A stretch of 63,854 bases of DNA, filler included, from Octopus bimaculoides (taxonomy: Eukaryota): assembly GCF_001194135.2 (NCBI RefSeq). It is 5 parts of 5 records of this genome, joined end to end, with 100 filler letters (N's around TTAATTAATTAA, not from the genome) between each part and the next. Parts side by side here need not be neighbours in the genome. Positions count along the whole stretch, not along the records: positions 17,915 to 38,839 come from NC_069000.1; 4 more parts are not named here. One strand, 5' to 3'. The notes below the pieces were generated by a model. That model had not been told where the DNA came from and ran no database searches. It saw only the letters and a program-made list of their open reading frames with translations. Position 1 is the first letter of the stretch; each line of letters starts with the position of its first letter. This document shows, in pieces, positions 25,447 through 38,546 of the stretch. The position numbers were made by a program, and so were the translations under genes.

Positions 25447-26062
25447 NCAGGAACATTGTGTACTCTAGGACTAACTTATATTTTGCATTTGCAGCTCTGT
25501 TGGTGGCTAATGAGCCTTGCTCTTGACAAACATGCACGGAATGCAAACATTGCAAACCAAGCTTTCTCCATTCACTACACCAGCAGTGTGCTTTCGAGCA
25601 GTGTGCTTTCGAGCAGTGTGCTTTCGAGCAGTGTGCTTTCGAGCAGTATGCTTAAGTTCTTCATGCAGAATACATGCTCTCTCAAAAGTGTCAATCCCCT
25701 CCTTAACCTGCTTCCTCCATCTTGATAGATGAGAGGCGTTGCTCTCCCAGTCAGTCTCCTGCATAACACAGGCCTTTAATGAGGGCTTAACACAGTCCTG
25801 AAATCACAGCCTTGATTTCTGTTGAGGTCTCTTTCCATTCACAAGTTCCCCATATAACATCTGCTTACGGATCCTGCTATACTTCATTCTAATAAGGTAT
25901 CCAGTCCACCATAACCGGTGCTTGTGCACCATCGCCTCAATACTCAATACTAAAAACAACAGTAACATCGTCCTCTGTGGGACCACCACATTTAGTTGGT
26001 AAATATATTTTACGATTCCATACTTTTACTGTTTACCTCTTACTCAGAGATTTAATATTGTA
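25447..26062 (-). mobile_element. RTE LINE 3' fragment with an in-frame 15-bp tandem expansion
   Basis: SIEAMVHKHRL.WTGYLIRM..SRI.KQMLYGELVNGKR...DWESNA..LSRWRKQVKEG..(KHTAR)x4..CNVC. Same family as 2236-2662. Confidence 0.85.
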
Positions 26063-26114
26063 TATATATATGTATATATACATATATATACATACATATT
26101 ACATACATACATAC

Positions 26115-26620
26115 ATCATCATCATCATCATCGTTTAACGTCCGCTTTCCATGCTAGCATGGGTTGGACGATTTGACTGAGGACTGGTGAAACCGGATGG
26201 CAACACCAGGCTCCAGTCTGATTTGGCAGAGTTTCTACAGCTGGATGCCCTTCCTAACGCCAACCACTCAGAGAGTGTAGTGGGTGCTTTTACGTGTCAC
26301 CCGCACGAAAACGGCCACGCTCGAAATGGTGTCTTTTATGTGCCACCCGCACAAGCCAGTCCAGGGGCACTGGCAACGATCTCGCTCGAAAATCCTACAG
26401 GAGCCAGTCAGGCGGTACTGGCAACGGCCACGCTCAAAATGGTGCATCTCATNNNNNNNNNNNNNNNNNNNNNNNNNNNNNNNNNNNNNNNNNNNNNNNN
26501 NNNNNNNNNNNNNNNNNNNNNNNNNNNNNNNNNNNNTCGGTGAGGCCCAATGTACGAAGGTCTTGCCTCACCACCTCAGCCCAGGTCTTCCTGGGCCTAC
26601 CTCTTCCACGGGTTCCCTCA
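26115..26620 (-). mobile_element. Young 5'-truncated RTE LINE: coding end, long 3' UTR and (GAT)n tail
   Basis: [28 protein letters not shown] at 26539-26620. CpG-rich UTR ending GGAAAGCGGACGTTAAAC(GAT)n. Confidence 0.85.
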
Positions 26621-26630
26621 ACTATATATA

Positions 26631-26676
<46 letters not shown>

Positions 26677-26884
26677 TGTAGATATATATATATATGTATA
26701 TATCTATATATATACACACGCACATACATATATATATGTATATATCTATATATATACACACGCACATACATATATATATGTATATATATGTGTGTGTGTA
26801 TGTATATAGATATAGATAAAGATACAGATATAGATTTAGATATACATAAAGATATATTTGATGGACCCTCCCATCGAATACGAC

Positions 26885-27115
26885 GTATGAGTGTTCATCT
26901 TTTGCCAAACGACCTGCACAAATGATTTTTATTATGGTGATCAAATGTTTGTGCTGTACATTATTACCTCCCTTCCTCTATCAAATCAATGTTGCTTGAA
27001 CAGAGGCATGGTGTACCACATGTCAGGTGTTGAAGTGATTGCAGATGAAGTGCTTTGCACAAGAACACAGTGCACCACCCAGTCTAGGAAGAGAGAGAGA
27101 CCATGATCACACAGG
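26885..27115 (-). mobile_element. SINE family F
   Basis: Aligns to 6350-6610. Confidence 0.65.
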
Positions 27116-27183
27116 TGTATATAGTGGGTGTACCAGCAAAATTGTCCAAATTTTAGATTCATCTTTGAACTTTTGTTTCTAAG

Positions 27184-27296
27184 AAATTCTTAAAGATGAC
27201 TTAATGGAATTATCAGAAGTTTTTCTAACACTGTTGGACCCTACTTTGAGCAAGAAAAATGCTGATTGCTCTCCAAGCTCACCAGAAGAATTGTGA
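27184..27296 (+). CDS. Candidate terminal coding exon (EILKDDLMELSEVFLTLLDPTLSKKNADCSPSSPEEL*)
   Basis: Acceptor CTTTGAACTTTTGTTTCTAAG. Phase 1 is compatible with the UBX exon. 36 open codons of protein-like composition in non-repetitive DNA. Confidence 0.45.
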
Positions 27297-27769
27297 TCAA
27301 GTTGATCATGGACGTAAATGACAAATCCATTCAGTCCAAAGTTATAATAGAAGGCCCAAGGTGCTGCACAGTGGGATTGAACCTGAAACAACCACATAGT
27401 TGTGAAGACACTTGATCAAGATATTACATAATAGAACAAAGTTCTTCTCAATTCCCTCACATATCTACCATAGCCCCACTCACCTGAGCCACCTTTAACT
27501 GTCTCTCCTCATGCTCTTATGAAACTTCCCCTTTGATACCCCCTTCCCCATTCACCCTGTCCAATCTTCTGTACCACTGCCCTTATATTCACCCCCAACT
27601 GTACCTTGAGAGTATGTCTCCAGACACATCACCCTCACCTTCTCTCTCTCCCTCTCTTTGCATTTCTCCGTAATTCTCTCTTTATCTTCTTCCCATTTCA
27701 TTTCCAACTAGGATAGCCATGTATCTCCTCAACAGTAAGACACTTGTCATTATCCCTCTGTTATACTTT

Positions 27770-28080
27770 AAAAGGGTAAAGACACCATTTGGTCATAAAT
27801 GACCATGGGATTGCACTTAGAAAATCCATACAGAGTTGTTTATGGAAGACCAGCAGTCGCCCATGCATACCTTCACACCACTGATGTTATCCAAAGAGAA
27901 GGCAAAAGCCGATACAGCTTGGCACCAGTGACGTTGCAACTCATGCCTACAGCTGAGTGAACTGGAACAACGTGAAATAAAGTGTCTTGCTCAAGAACTC
28001 AACACACAGCCCGGTCCGGGATTAGAACTCACTACCTCTTGATTGTGAGTCTAACACTCCAGCCACTGGGTCATGCATCT
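27770..28080 (-). mobile_element. SINE family E (head shared with family C)
   Basis: Reverse complement: GCATGACCCAGTGG..GAGTTCTAATCCCGG..CTTGAGCAAGACACTTTATTTCACGTTG, then a different 3' body. Confidence 0.7.
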
Positions 28081-28089
28081 ACTTTAACT

Positions 28090-28365
28090 TCTTACCAGCT
28101 GGCATAAAGTCAACTTCCAGTCGAGGGATTTTTGTCTTGCAAGTTATTTGGTAATTCCACTGTTGTTGGTGCCATGCAAAATGCACCCAGCACACTCTGC
28201 AAAGTGGTTGGCATGAGGAAGGGCATCCAGCCGTGGAAACATTGCCAAAACTGATAGAAGAGCTTGGCACAGTCCTCTGGCTTGCCAACTCCTGTTAAAC
28301 CATCCAGCCCATGCCAGCATGGAAGATGGATGCTAAATGATGATCATGATGGTGATGATGACATA
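28090..28365 (+). mobile_element. SINE-D / RTE-tail repeat
   Basis: GGAAGGGCATCCAGCC..CCATGCCAGCATGGAAG..(GAT)n. Confidence 0.75.
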
Positions 28366-29343
28366 CAGATGATAGGTATATGTTTACATCTATATCTGTG
28401 TGTCNNNNNNNNNNNNNNNNNNNNNNNNNNNNNNNNNNNNNNNNNNNNNNNNNNNNNNNNNNNNNNNNNNNNNNNNNNNNNNNNNNNNNNNNNNNNNNNN
28501 NNNNNNNNNNNNNNNNNNNNNNNNNNNNNNNNNNNNNNNNNNNNNNNNNNNNNNNNNNNNNNNNNNNNNNNNNNNNNNNNNNNNNNNNNNNNNNNNNNNN
28601 NNNNNNNNNNNNNNNNNNNNNNNNNNNNNNNNNNNNNNNNNNNNNNNNNNNNNNNNNNNNNNNNNNNNNNNNNNNNNNNNNNNNNNNNNNNNNNNNNNNN
28701 NNNNNNNNNNNNNNNNNNNNNNNNNNNNNNNNNNNNNNNNNNNNNNNNNNNNNNNNNNNNNNNNNNNNNNNNNNNNNNNNNNNNNNNNNNNNNNNNNNNN
28801 NNNNNNNNNNNNNNNNNNNNNNNNNNNNNNNNNNNNNNNNNNNNNNNNNNNNNNNNNNNNNNNNNNNNNNNNNNNNNNNNNNNNNNNNNNNNNNNNNNNN
28901 NNNNNNNNNNNNNNNNNNNNNNNNNNNNNNNNNNNNNNNNNNNNNNNNNNNNNNNNNNNNNNNNNNNNNNNNNNNNNNNNNNNNNNNNNNNNNNNNNNNN
29001 NNNNNNNNNNNNNNNNNNNNNNNNNNNNNNNNNNNNNNNNNNNNNNNNNNNNNNNNNNNNNNNNNNNNNNNNNNNNNNNNNNNNNNNNNNNNNNNNNNNN
29101 NNNNNNNNNNNNNNNNNNNNNNNNNNNNNNNNNNNNNNNNNNNNNNNNNNNNNNNNNNNNNNNNNNNNNNNNNNNNNNNNNNNNNNNNNNNNNNNNNNNN
29201 NNNNNNNNNNNNNNNNNNNNNNNNNNNNNNNNNNNNNNNNNNNNNNNNNNNNNNNNNNNNNNNNNNNNNNNNNNNNNNNNNNNNNNNNNNNNNNNNNNNN
29301 NNNNNNNNNNNNNNNNNNNNNNNNNNNNNNNNNNNNNNNNNCA

Positions 29344-29374
<31 letters not shown>

Positions 29375-29381
29375 GTACATG

Positions 29382-29416
<35 letters not shown>

Positions 29417-29465
29417 CATATATATGTGTGCTTCTATATATATATATATACACTTACTCACACAG

Positions 29466-29512
<47 letters not shown>

Positions 29513-29679
29513 GATACATACATACATGCATGCATACATATATGTGTATATACATGCACACATACTTGCATAGACACACACACACACATATTGGAACAGC
29601 AGTATCTATATGATGGATCAATACTTGTCTATTTAGGTTAGGAACTTATAACGATACATTAATCATATTTACTTATATA

Positions 29680-29730
<51 letters not shown>

Positions 29731-29762
29731 NNNNNNNNNNATATACAAAGATATGTGTATGC

Positions 29763-29799
<37 letters not shown>

Positions 29800-30744
29800 T
29801 GTGTGTGTGTGCGCGTGTGCTGTTATGTATATTTCATACATAATGTATGTTAATATACATTTATGTATACATACATGCATGCATATAATTATATGATGTA
29901 TATATACATGTACACTTTAATACATTCCCTACTTTGTCTCTCTATATATGTATTTGCTTATTCTTATATTTCACAGAATGCGTGTTTGTGTCTGTAAGAG
30001 AAAAACAAATGTTTGTATATAAGACTTATTGCTACGTATATTTTATGGGAATATACTTAATCATCCATTCTTTTGTAAAGGACAGATGGAACTAACCCTC
30101 TCTTCTTTTGGTGTAGGAAAATAGACTTAACTATATCTCTTTGGTGGAATGCTGATAGATTATAGATCATACCGGCTGTCTTTGGTGGTGGTCAGGTGGA
30201 ACACATTATCTTCCTTTGATGGATAAATTTGACCCAGAATCAGATGATTTGGCACAGCTGTTTCAATGCTGGTGATTTGGCATGGCTGATTGGACACTGA
30301 AACTGTTTAGATGACAGTACTTTCAGTACTTTTTAACACTGGAGGCAAACACATTCACACACATACATATGTTCACAAATGCAGAAATATACAGAGAGAT
30401 AGAGAGAATGAGACAGAGAGGCATTACAATTTATTAATTGAACAGGGTTGTTGTAAACACTTCCTCTCTCCTCATATACAACATGAGAAGCAGAGAGAGA
30501 AAGATAGAGAGAAATTAAAACAAGGGAAACATTGTAATGTCTCATCTGAAATAAATCAGTGTTGAATCAGTGGTGCCAGATAAGGGGTACCAAAACAGCT
30601 GTGCCAAAACAGCTGTACCAAATAACTATGTCAAAATGTCTCATACTCAACTAACCATGTCACTTTGGAGGAGGAAAGATAGACCTACCCATCTCTCTTT
30701 GATGGAGTACATTTAAATGTAATCCATCTCTTTCTGAGCTCTCC

Positions 30745-31090
30745 TTACTCATGAGTTTCAAAACCAAAAACAACACGGTACCGCTTCCACACCCACCCTA
30801 TTTGCCAAATTTAGCACCTGCAGACTTCCATCTCTTCTCCAAGATGAAAAGGCTGCTCAGAGGTTGGCATTTTAACATCGTTGCCGAGATCCAGAGTGAA
30901 TTGCAGAAAGTCCTTGACTTGCTTATGGAAAATGTCTTCCTGACTGGATTCCAAAAGTGGCAAGAACACTGGGAATGACGAATTGCTGCACAAGGTGACT
31001 TTTTCGAAGGAGACAATGTTAAAACCTAGGTAAATAAGTTATTTTTTATCAAACATAACAAGTCCGAAAACCTATTGATACCTTCTCGTA
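30745..31090 (+). mobile_element. Mariner transposase C-terminal remnant with right TIR
   Basis: TVPLPHPPYLPNLAPADFHLFSKMKR..FQKWQEHWE*RIAAQGDFFEGDN (HPPYSPDLAPxD motif, premature stop). Ends ..CTTCTCGTA. Confidence 0.9.
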
Positions 31091-31691
31091 ATTAATTATT
31101 ACAAATTATTTTGTCACTCTTTTTACAGATTCACTCAACCACTTGATTATTTGACTGTCATTTTGTGACAAAATGATAAAGTGGGAGTGACAGTAACAGG
31201 GTATGTTAAGCATTACGTGTGTGTCTGCCTACTTGCCTGCCTGTTTGGAAAAAGATATCATTACAGTAAGAGATGAATGAGAGTCAGCGGCCAGAAGGAC
31301 ATCTGGCTGCCAATTATGGCCAATTCTAAGTTCTCACAACAGGGGAACTGGGAACTGTGGTCAGATTGTCATACAACTTACAAGACGAACACCCACTGTC
31401 TCAGAGAAAATGACCTTAAAATATTTGCTCCCATTGTTGCTTGTAGCATCTGTAACTTTACACCATATTCTAAACATGTCTTCTCTGCTTCTTTAATTAG
31501 TTTCACTTCCAACTATTGTTAAGTCTTGTTTGATAACATCTCACACTTAATTTGTTTCCAGCGTTCACTCTACCACATAATCTTACAAGTATTTGGAACA
31601 GATCTGAAGTTATCACAACTGTAAACTATTGCACCTACCTTGAATTCAGCCCATATACATTCTAAATCTTATAACTACAGGCAGGTATTTA

Positions 31692-31729
<38 letters not shown>

Positions 31730-31880
31730 GNNNNNNNNNNNNNNNNNNNNNNNNNNNNNNNNNNNNNNNNNNNNNNNNNNNNNNNNNNNNNNNNNNNNNN
31801 NNNNNNNNNNNNNNNNNNNNNNNNNNNNNNNNNNNNNNNNNNNNNNNNNNNNNNNNNNNNNNNNNNNNNNNNNNNNNNNN

Positions 31881-31915
<35 letters not shown>

Positions 31916-32959
31916 CACACCCTATACACCATAGCTACAATGTGGATTTTATCCCATGCATTATCTGTACACCATAGTTACAATATAGAATTTATCCCAT
32001 ATATAATCTATACATCATAACTGAAACCTGGAATCACTCAGGGATTGCACGAATGAGTCGTTCTTTTAGAACTTAACCCTCCTTCCTATTCTACACTATT
32101 ATTAATGATATTTCATTAAAATGCTTCATATAAACCTCAATAAAGTAAATATGCAATGATATTAATGGTCGAAGTGGTGGTGGTGGCGGTTGGTGGCAGT
32201 GGTAGTGGTGTTGATTTTAATGGTTAAGGTGGTGGTGGTGGTGGTGGTATTAGTGGTTAAGGTGTTAGTAGTTGAGATGTTGGTGATCAAGGTGGTGGTT
32301 ATGGTGGGTGTGGTGTTAGTGATAATGGTGGACAGTGGGGTTGGGGATGGAAAGAAACAAGCAATATAAAGAACCATTTAAAGAAACAAAACACAAAAAA
32401 GTAACAAGAAACAAAAAGCAAAAAAGAAAAACAACAAAAATTCATTATGAAATTTTATTATATTTTATAAAAACCTCATTAGCAGTTAACGAGCTGAGTC
32501 AGGAAATTTGTAAAGATTTTATTGGTAATTCAGAAGGGATCACTTGAAATATGTCTCATTTGGAATGTGAAATAAAACCTCCACCTACACTAGCTCTATT
32601 ATCCCTATCATCATTACTACCACTTCACACTACACTGCACTATCATTAATATAAACTACTACCACTACTATCAACGTTACCACCTACACTTCAGCCTACA
32701 CAATATTTTACACCCATTAATATAAATCACAATGTCCACAACCACTTTTATTGTACCCTACGCTACATTAATACTAAAATACCACAACTACCATTACCTC
32801 TACAACTACTGTCAATTACACTACTCCCACTTAAGCCTATACTACTCTTGCACCTCCTTTTAAATTCATTATACAAGTTTCACTACGTTATTCCACTTTC
32901 TAGGTGCAGTGGAAGGCTCACATGCTTTCTGTCCAAGCCTTTCTGAAATTACTCTTGCG

Positions 32960-33180
32960 ATACTGATTTCAAATTTTGGCACAAGTCAAGCAATTCCAAG
33001 GGAAAGAGTATGGTGATTACATCGACCTCAGTGCTCGATGTATACTTATTTTACTGACCCCAAAAGAACGAAAGGCAAAGTCAACCATGGTGGAATTTGA
33101 ACTCTTACATAAAATTGGACGAAATGCTACCAAACATTTTGCCCAATGTGCTAACAATTCTTCTAGCTCACCGCCTTAAT
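32960..33180 (-). mobile_element. SINE family B
   Basis: Reverse complement of the head CGGTGAGCTAGAAGAATTGTTAGCA. Confidence 0.8.
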
Positions 33181-33499
33181 TACTCTTATGATATTGATAA
33201 CACCTAAAAGATGCTCATTCTTCATTCACCTTTGATGAATTTAGCATGTTGGTAATATTGGATGATGTGACCAGCAAGAGTGGCAGTATTGCCTTCAGAC
33301 TATTGACCAAGCTGCAAGATTTCTTTAGATGTTTATGGACATTCCAATGGCTATTTTTTTCTGTAATGCTAGTGGGTAATTGGAATGGTATCTTAAACTC
33401 AGTGAGAGATTGTGTGGGCATAGTTGATAGAAGCAGCAGTGAAAAAAAATCTCACAAACCTACTCGAATTTGTTTTTCATCATCTGATAGGTATTACTT

Positions 33500-35593
33500 A
33501 GATTTCACTATGAATTTAGACAAAGCACAGTGAGTGATCCAAGTCACATTTAGATACTCAAAGTAGATTGCTACTAAACAATTAAACAATTAATAAGAAC
33601 ATAACAATGTCCAAATACATTCAGTCTAAATACATTTATCAATGTGGAGGCAAAAATGTACCAGATTGAGTAGAACACCTCAAACTAAGTAGACCATACA
33701 TAACATTAAATGATAACAAGGAAACTGAAAAGTTGTAGATGCAGCAGCCTAACAAAAAGTGAACTAGCAACAGTTAGGAAGCACATTCTAGGCTCAATAA
33801 ATGCAAAAATAAGACAACTAACTTAATGCAGCAGACATCTATCATCTCACTATTAGATACCTTAAAATATCGACTATAAATCCAACTGTTTATTCACTCA
33901 GTTTGGTATTTTTGGAGTCTACCTATCCATTTCAAAAATATTTTCTTGAAAATTTTAGAATTGGGGAAGTAGCACATATCACCATATTTATTTAAAGTCA
34001 ATATTATTTTATCAATTCTTAGGAAATCATAATTATTTCATAACAATTTTTTTCTGTGTTAAGAAATATAGAAATTAACTTTTAAATGAATCCTTGAGCA
34101 TATACAATGGCACAGAGCTTTCATCTTTGGCCAGGTTATGTATTCTGCACACACAGAAAATGGGACAAGTTCTACTAGTATAAGGAGAAGTATTTGATAT
34201 ATAGTATAATTTTATGACTATTACTAGCTAGAAATGAAGGATTTACATTATCCCATAGCATGGATAAATATGATATGAAAAATCTCAGAAAGACACTACT
34301 TACCACTTTTAAGCTTTCTGATTTTAAAAAATACAATAAATACAAATTGAACATAAATTTCCAAGTTGCAACACAAAACCTTAACACAAGAAAGCATCGC
34401 CTTTACTAAAAACCTAACAAAGAAACAGCATACAAAAATAGGGTCTCCAACCACCTGTACACAGTCATATAGTACATAACACACAACATCAATAGACATA
34501 GCTAGCCTATTATCAAACAAGGGAATATTTAACAATAAGACATTTTAAGAATGCTTTAGCTAGAGGACATTTTAAAACTAAGCTGAAGTATATAGAACCC
34601 ACACCAAAATATTCTGAGTATAAATAGAGAATAATTATATGATTTAACCTTCAGTAGAGTTTAGAATGTATCTCCAAACATTGCTAATATCTTTCTTATG
34701 CTGATTAGTACACACTTCTCTGCTTCTCACAGATGTGAAAATATTCAACAAAAAATTTCATGATGAGTAGTTAGTGTTGTGTAAGTAATAGACAAAAATC
34801 TTCAAACACAGCAGAAACAACCAAACCAGAATGTAATTTCAAATGTAGCACTGCTAGACTGAAGAGTACATCGTGTTAACTGTACATTCATTCAACTAGG
34901 TACAAGAATAAGTACTTCTTTGTTTTAAAGAATTGTATTCTGCTACAGAAAATATCTTTACATTTTTGTTTAACATCAAGACTGACAAACTTAGGACAGC
35001 AACACTATATTAATGAAATAGCATGTCTTTCAAAATGGAAGTTGTTTGACTAGTTCGATCATATAATTACAAAAGTATTAACAAACAATGATAAAACTAT
35101 CAATGCATAAGATATCAAAAAATTCCACACAAAAATCCAAGCAAAAATTTAAGGCAAATTTTCATTTTTCCTTTTAAGAGAAGAACAGTTGTCTTCTCTT
35201 AAAATATATTTTTGTATGCCCATTCCTGAAAACATTTCAGTTGTGAGTTAAAACTATTTTTTAAGACTCATGTGAGTCTTTTTTCAAACAAGGAAATGAA
35301 GGGGTCTAGGTGCCATTTTGAATTAGAACATGTTTCACATTATAGAAAATAGTACCCATCATTCAGGAGGTTTAAATCAGTGACAGAAAGCATCAGCTGA
35401 ATGAATGATATTATACTTTATACCAGGCACTTAGTACCTTTGTTCATTATAAACCATGTGCATGTATAACAAATAATATACATCTATCTATCTATCTATC
35501 TATCTGTCTGTCTGTCTGTCTATTATCTATCTATATGTGTGTGTGTGCATGTGTGAGTGTGTGTGTGTATATATATATATGCATGTATGTGAG

Positions 35594-35637
<44 letters not shown>

Positions 35638-36756
35638 TGTGTGTGTAGAGGTGTATGACATTAGATACATGGATGTTGAGTATAATATTCCCACTAATTT
35701 ACAAATCAAGTATAATCTATCATAATAGAACTCAATAGATAATAGACAAAATTAGGATATTTAGCTTAACATGTTATCATGATAAATATAAACCAGAATT
35801 AAACATCTGAAAAATTGCATAATGCTTGTAGAAAATATTAATGTGTGTGTGTATGTTTTGTGTATGGTTATGTTTGGGATAAACAGAGATTGCATCTCAA
35901 GATATGGTTTTGTTCAATAAGCCTACAGAAACACAAGATACAAAATTACTGTAAATAGTGTAAACACTGCTTTCTGCCATGCATCAGGGAGCCGCTTTGA
36001 AGTTTCTCAGGATGAATTTGGCATGTGTTTGCATGCTGAAACTATTTAGCTTCTTTTTAAGGAAAATAAGTGAAGAATGATGAATGACGTAGAGATTTTC
36101 TTAAGACATAAATGATAGTACTTTGATTTCTGAGCATTATCTAATATTACGTGGTAGAGGCTGGTGACCTCAATTTTCTCTCAGTTTGCAAATATTCTTT
36201 GAAAATAACATGATGCTTCTTCAGTGGTGATGATGCAACAAGATTTTGTACTGGTACAAGCAAATTTAAAGGTACATTGTATAATATCTATGTATTTGAT
36301 TGAAGTGTTTCTGATTGAGACATCATCATGTTATACAATTATTTCTGCAACAGACAAAAATAATACTTTAAATTTTGATAATTGTACTTCAGTTCCTTTC
36401 ATAACATGCATGTTTGCAATAATTTGGTATTGTCATCGTTTATATTTTACTAGACAGGATTTTACAGCAGCTATACCTCACCCTTACATTGGTTTTGTTG
36501 AACAGCTGTTGAAATTTGTGGCTGTTTAAAAGATGCTTTCTGGGACAGAAAATATTTTGTCACTCAAGTTTTAACAGTCATACTTCATTTAACCTTATGC
36601 CGAAACTTATTGGTCCACATTTATGAATGCTCATTGCGTTGTGCTTCAACAGCTCACCGGAATTTTATGTGCTTGATTTCTAACACACTAGCACACATAG
36701 ACAACTGAAAGACTAATCAATGAAGAAAACGGCTTAGGATCATAATCCCTGTTTAC
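33500..36756 (-). other. Putative long terminal exon / 3' UTR of a minus-strand gene
   Basis: About 3.2 kb almost free of SINEs and T-rich on the minus strand. Minus-strand TTTATATTTCTGCCAG at 36757 could be an acceptor, giving GKQGL* (to 36740) or VNRDYDPKPFSSLISLSVVYVC* (to 36688). Minus-strand AATAAA near 33890. The site could instead be a donor (CAG|GTAAAC). Confidence 0.35.
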
Positions 36757-38021
36757 CTGGCAGAAATATAAACACAGCTCAAAATTTTATGCACTTCTAA
36801 TGCATAGTTTTATTGAGCACTTTTAAGTCTAAGCCCTGCAAAATAAACGAAAATTATATATAAATATATATATATATATANNNNNNNNNNNNNNNNNNNN
36901 NNNNNNNNNNNNNNNNNNNNNNNNNNNNNNNNNNNNNNNNNNNNNNNNNNNNNNNNNNNNNNNNNNNNNNNNNNNNNNNNNNNNNNNNNNNNNNNNNNNN
37001 NNNNNNNNNNNNNNNNNNNNNNNNNNNNNNNNNNNNNNNNNNNNNNNNNNNNNNNNNNNNNNNNNNNNNNNNNNNNNNNNNNNNNNNNNNNNNNNNNNNN
37101 NNNNNNNNNNNNNNNNNNNNNNNNNNNNNNNNNNNNNNNNNNNNNNNNNNNNNNNNNNNNNNNNNNNNNNNNNNNNNNNNNNNNNNNNNNNNNNNNNNNN
37201 NNNNNNNNNNNNNNNNNNNNNNNNNNNNNNNNNNNNNNNNNNNNNNATATATACATATATCTGTATACATACACATGTATATACATATATCTATATACAA
37301 ATATGCATACATTTATCTATCTATCTATTTATCTATCTATATATATATACACACACTCTCTCTCTCTCTTTCTCTCTCTCTCACACACACACACACATAT
37401 ATATACTTAAATATATACTTATGTATATATACATACATGTATTTACATACAAATACTTATATATACACAAAAGCACTCACACACACGCATGTGTGTATAT
37501 GTGTGTGGGTGTGTGTGTGCATGTTTGCATGTGTGCATCCATGCATGCGTGTGTGTGTGTGTGTGTGTGTGTAGAAAAAAAATAAAAGCAGGAATAAAAA
37601 GATAACAAAATTCTAAGACTAGAAGAATTGTTTTCAATTAGAACAGCTCTCCTCCCCACCAAACTACAAGCAGAGATGGGTTTGGTAGAGATGGAAGGGA
37701 AGGAGAATAAAAAAAAATTGACTTGCAGAAAAAAGGGGTCAAGAAATAAACACAAATATTACAAACAAAAATTATATATAGAAGCCACTGGATCTGAAAT
37801 ATAACAATAACGGTATTTCATATAATGACAACAGTAAAAACAACAACAGCAATAACAATAAGAACAACAACGATCATAGTTTCAAAGTAAAAGTCATTGT
37901 TATCTTTACCATTATTTAAAAATTACTGGATATGTTAAAAATTCTGCATTCTTCTATTCCTGCTGCTGCTCACTCAATCTTCATATAGTTATTTCCAGGA
38001 TATAAGATGCACAGTTATAAT

Positions 38022-38052
<31 letters not shown>

Positions 38053-38127
38053 CACGTGCATATACATGTACATTCACACACACATATATATATATGCAAA
38101 CACATACAACCCACATGTGTGTTTGCA

Positions 38128-38162
<35 letters not shown>

Positions 38163-38233
38163 ATATCTATCTATCTATCTGTCTGTCAAAAAAAAAAGAT
38201 ATCTGTCTGTCTGTCTGTCTGTCTGTCTATATA

Positions 38234-38281
<48 letters not shown>

Positions 38282-38510
38282 TGTGTATGTATGTATATAT
38301 ATATTCTCAAGTGTTTGATATATTTGCGAGAATATAAAATATATGCATATATATATATATGTGTGTGATATGCATGAATATATATGTGTACACACATACA
38401 CACACTCTCATGTGCATATACATGTACATTCACATACACATATATACAAACACACATCACCCACATATGTATTTGAATATATGTATAATTATCTATCTAT
38501 CTATCTATCA

Positions 38511-38546
<36 letters not shown>

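Noticed and set aside
30249-30630. Inverted CAGCTGTGCCAAA motifs about 330 bp apart
   Set aside because: Short, with no definable termini or TSD; possibly a decayed MITE end but not supportable as a feature.
31128-31640. Several short possible exons on either strand (e.g. VIFSETVGVRL on the minus strand)
   Set aside because: Splice signals are mutually incompatible, the peptides are tiny and no homology is recognisable.
33246-33533. 95-aa ORF with an LVILDDV Walker-B-like motif
   Set aside because: No Walker A or other NTPase context; more consistent with a decayed RTE segment (LDD.V.SR..KASIAF.RL) or chance.
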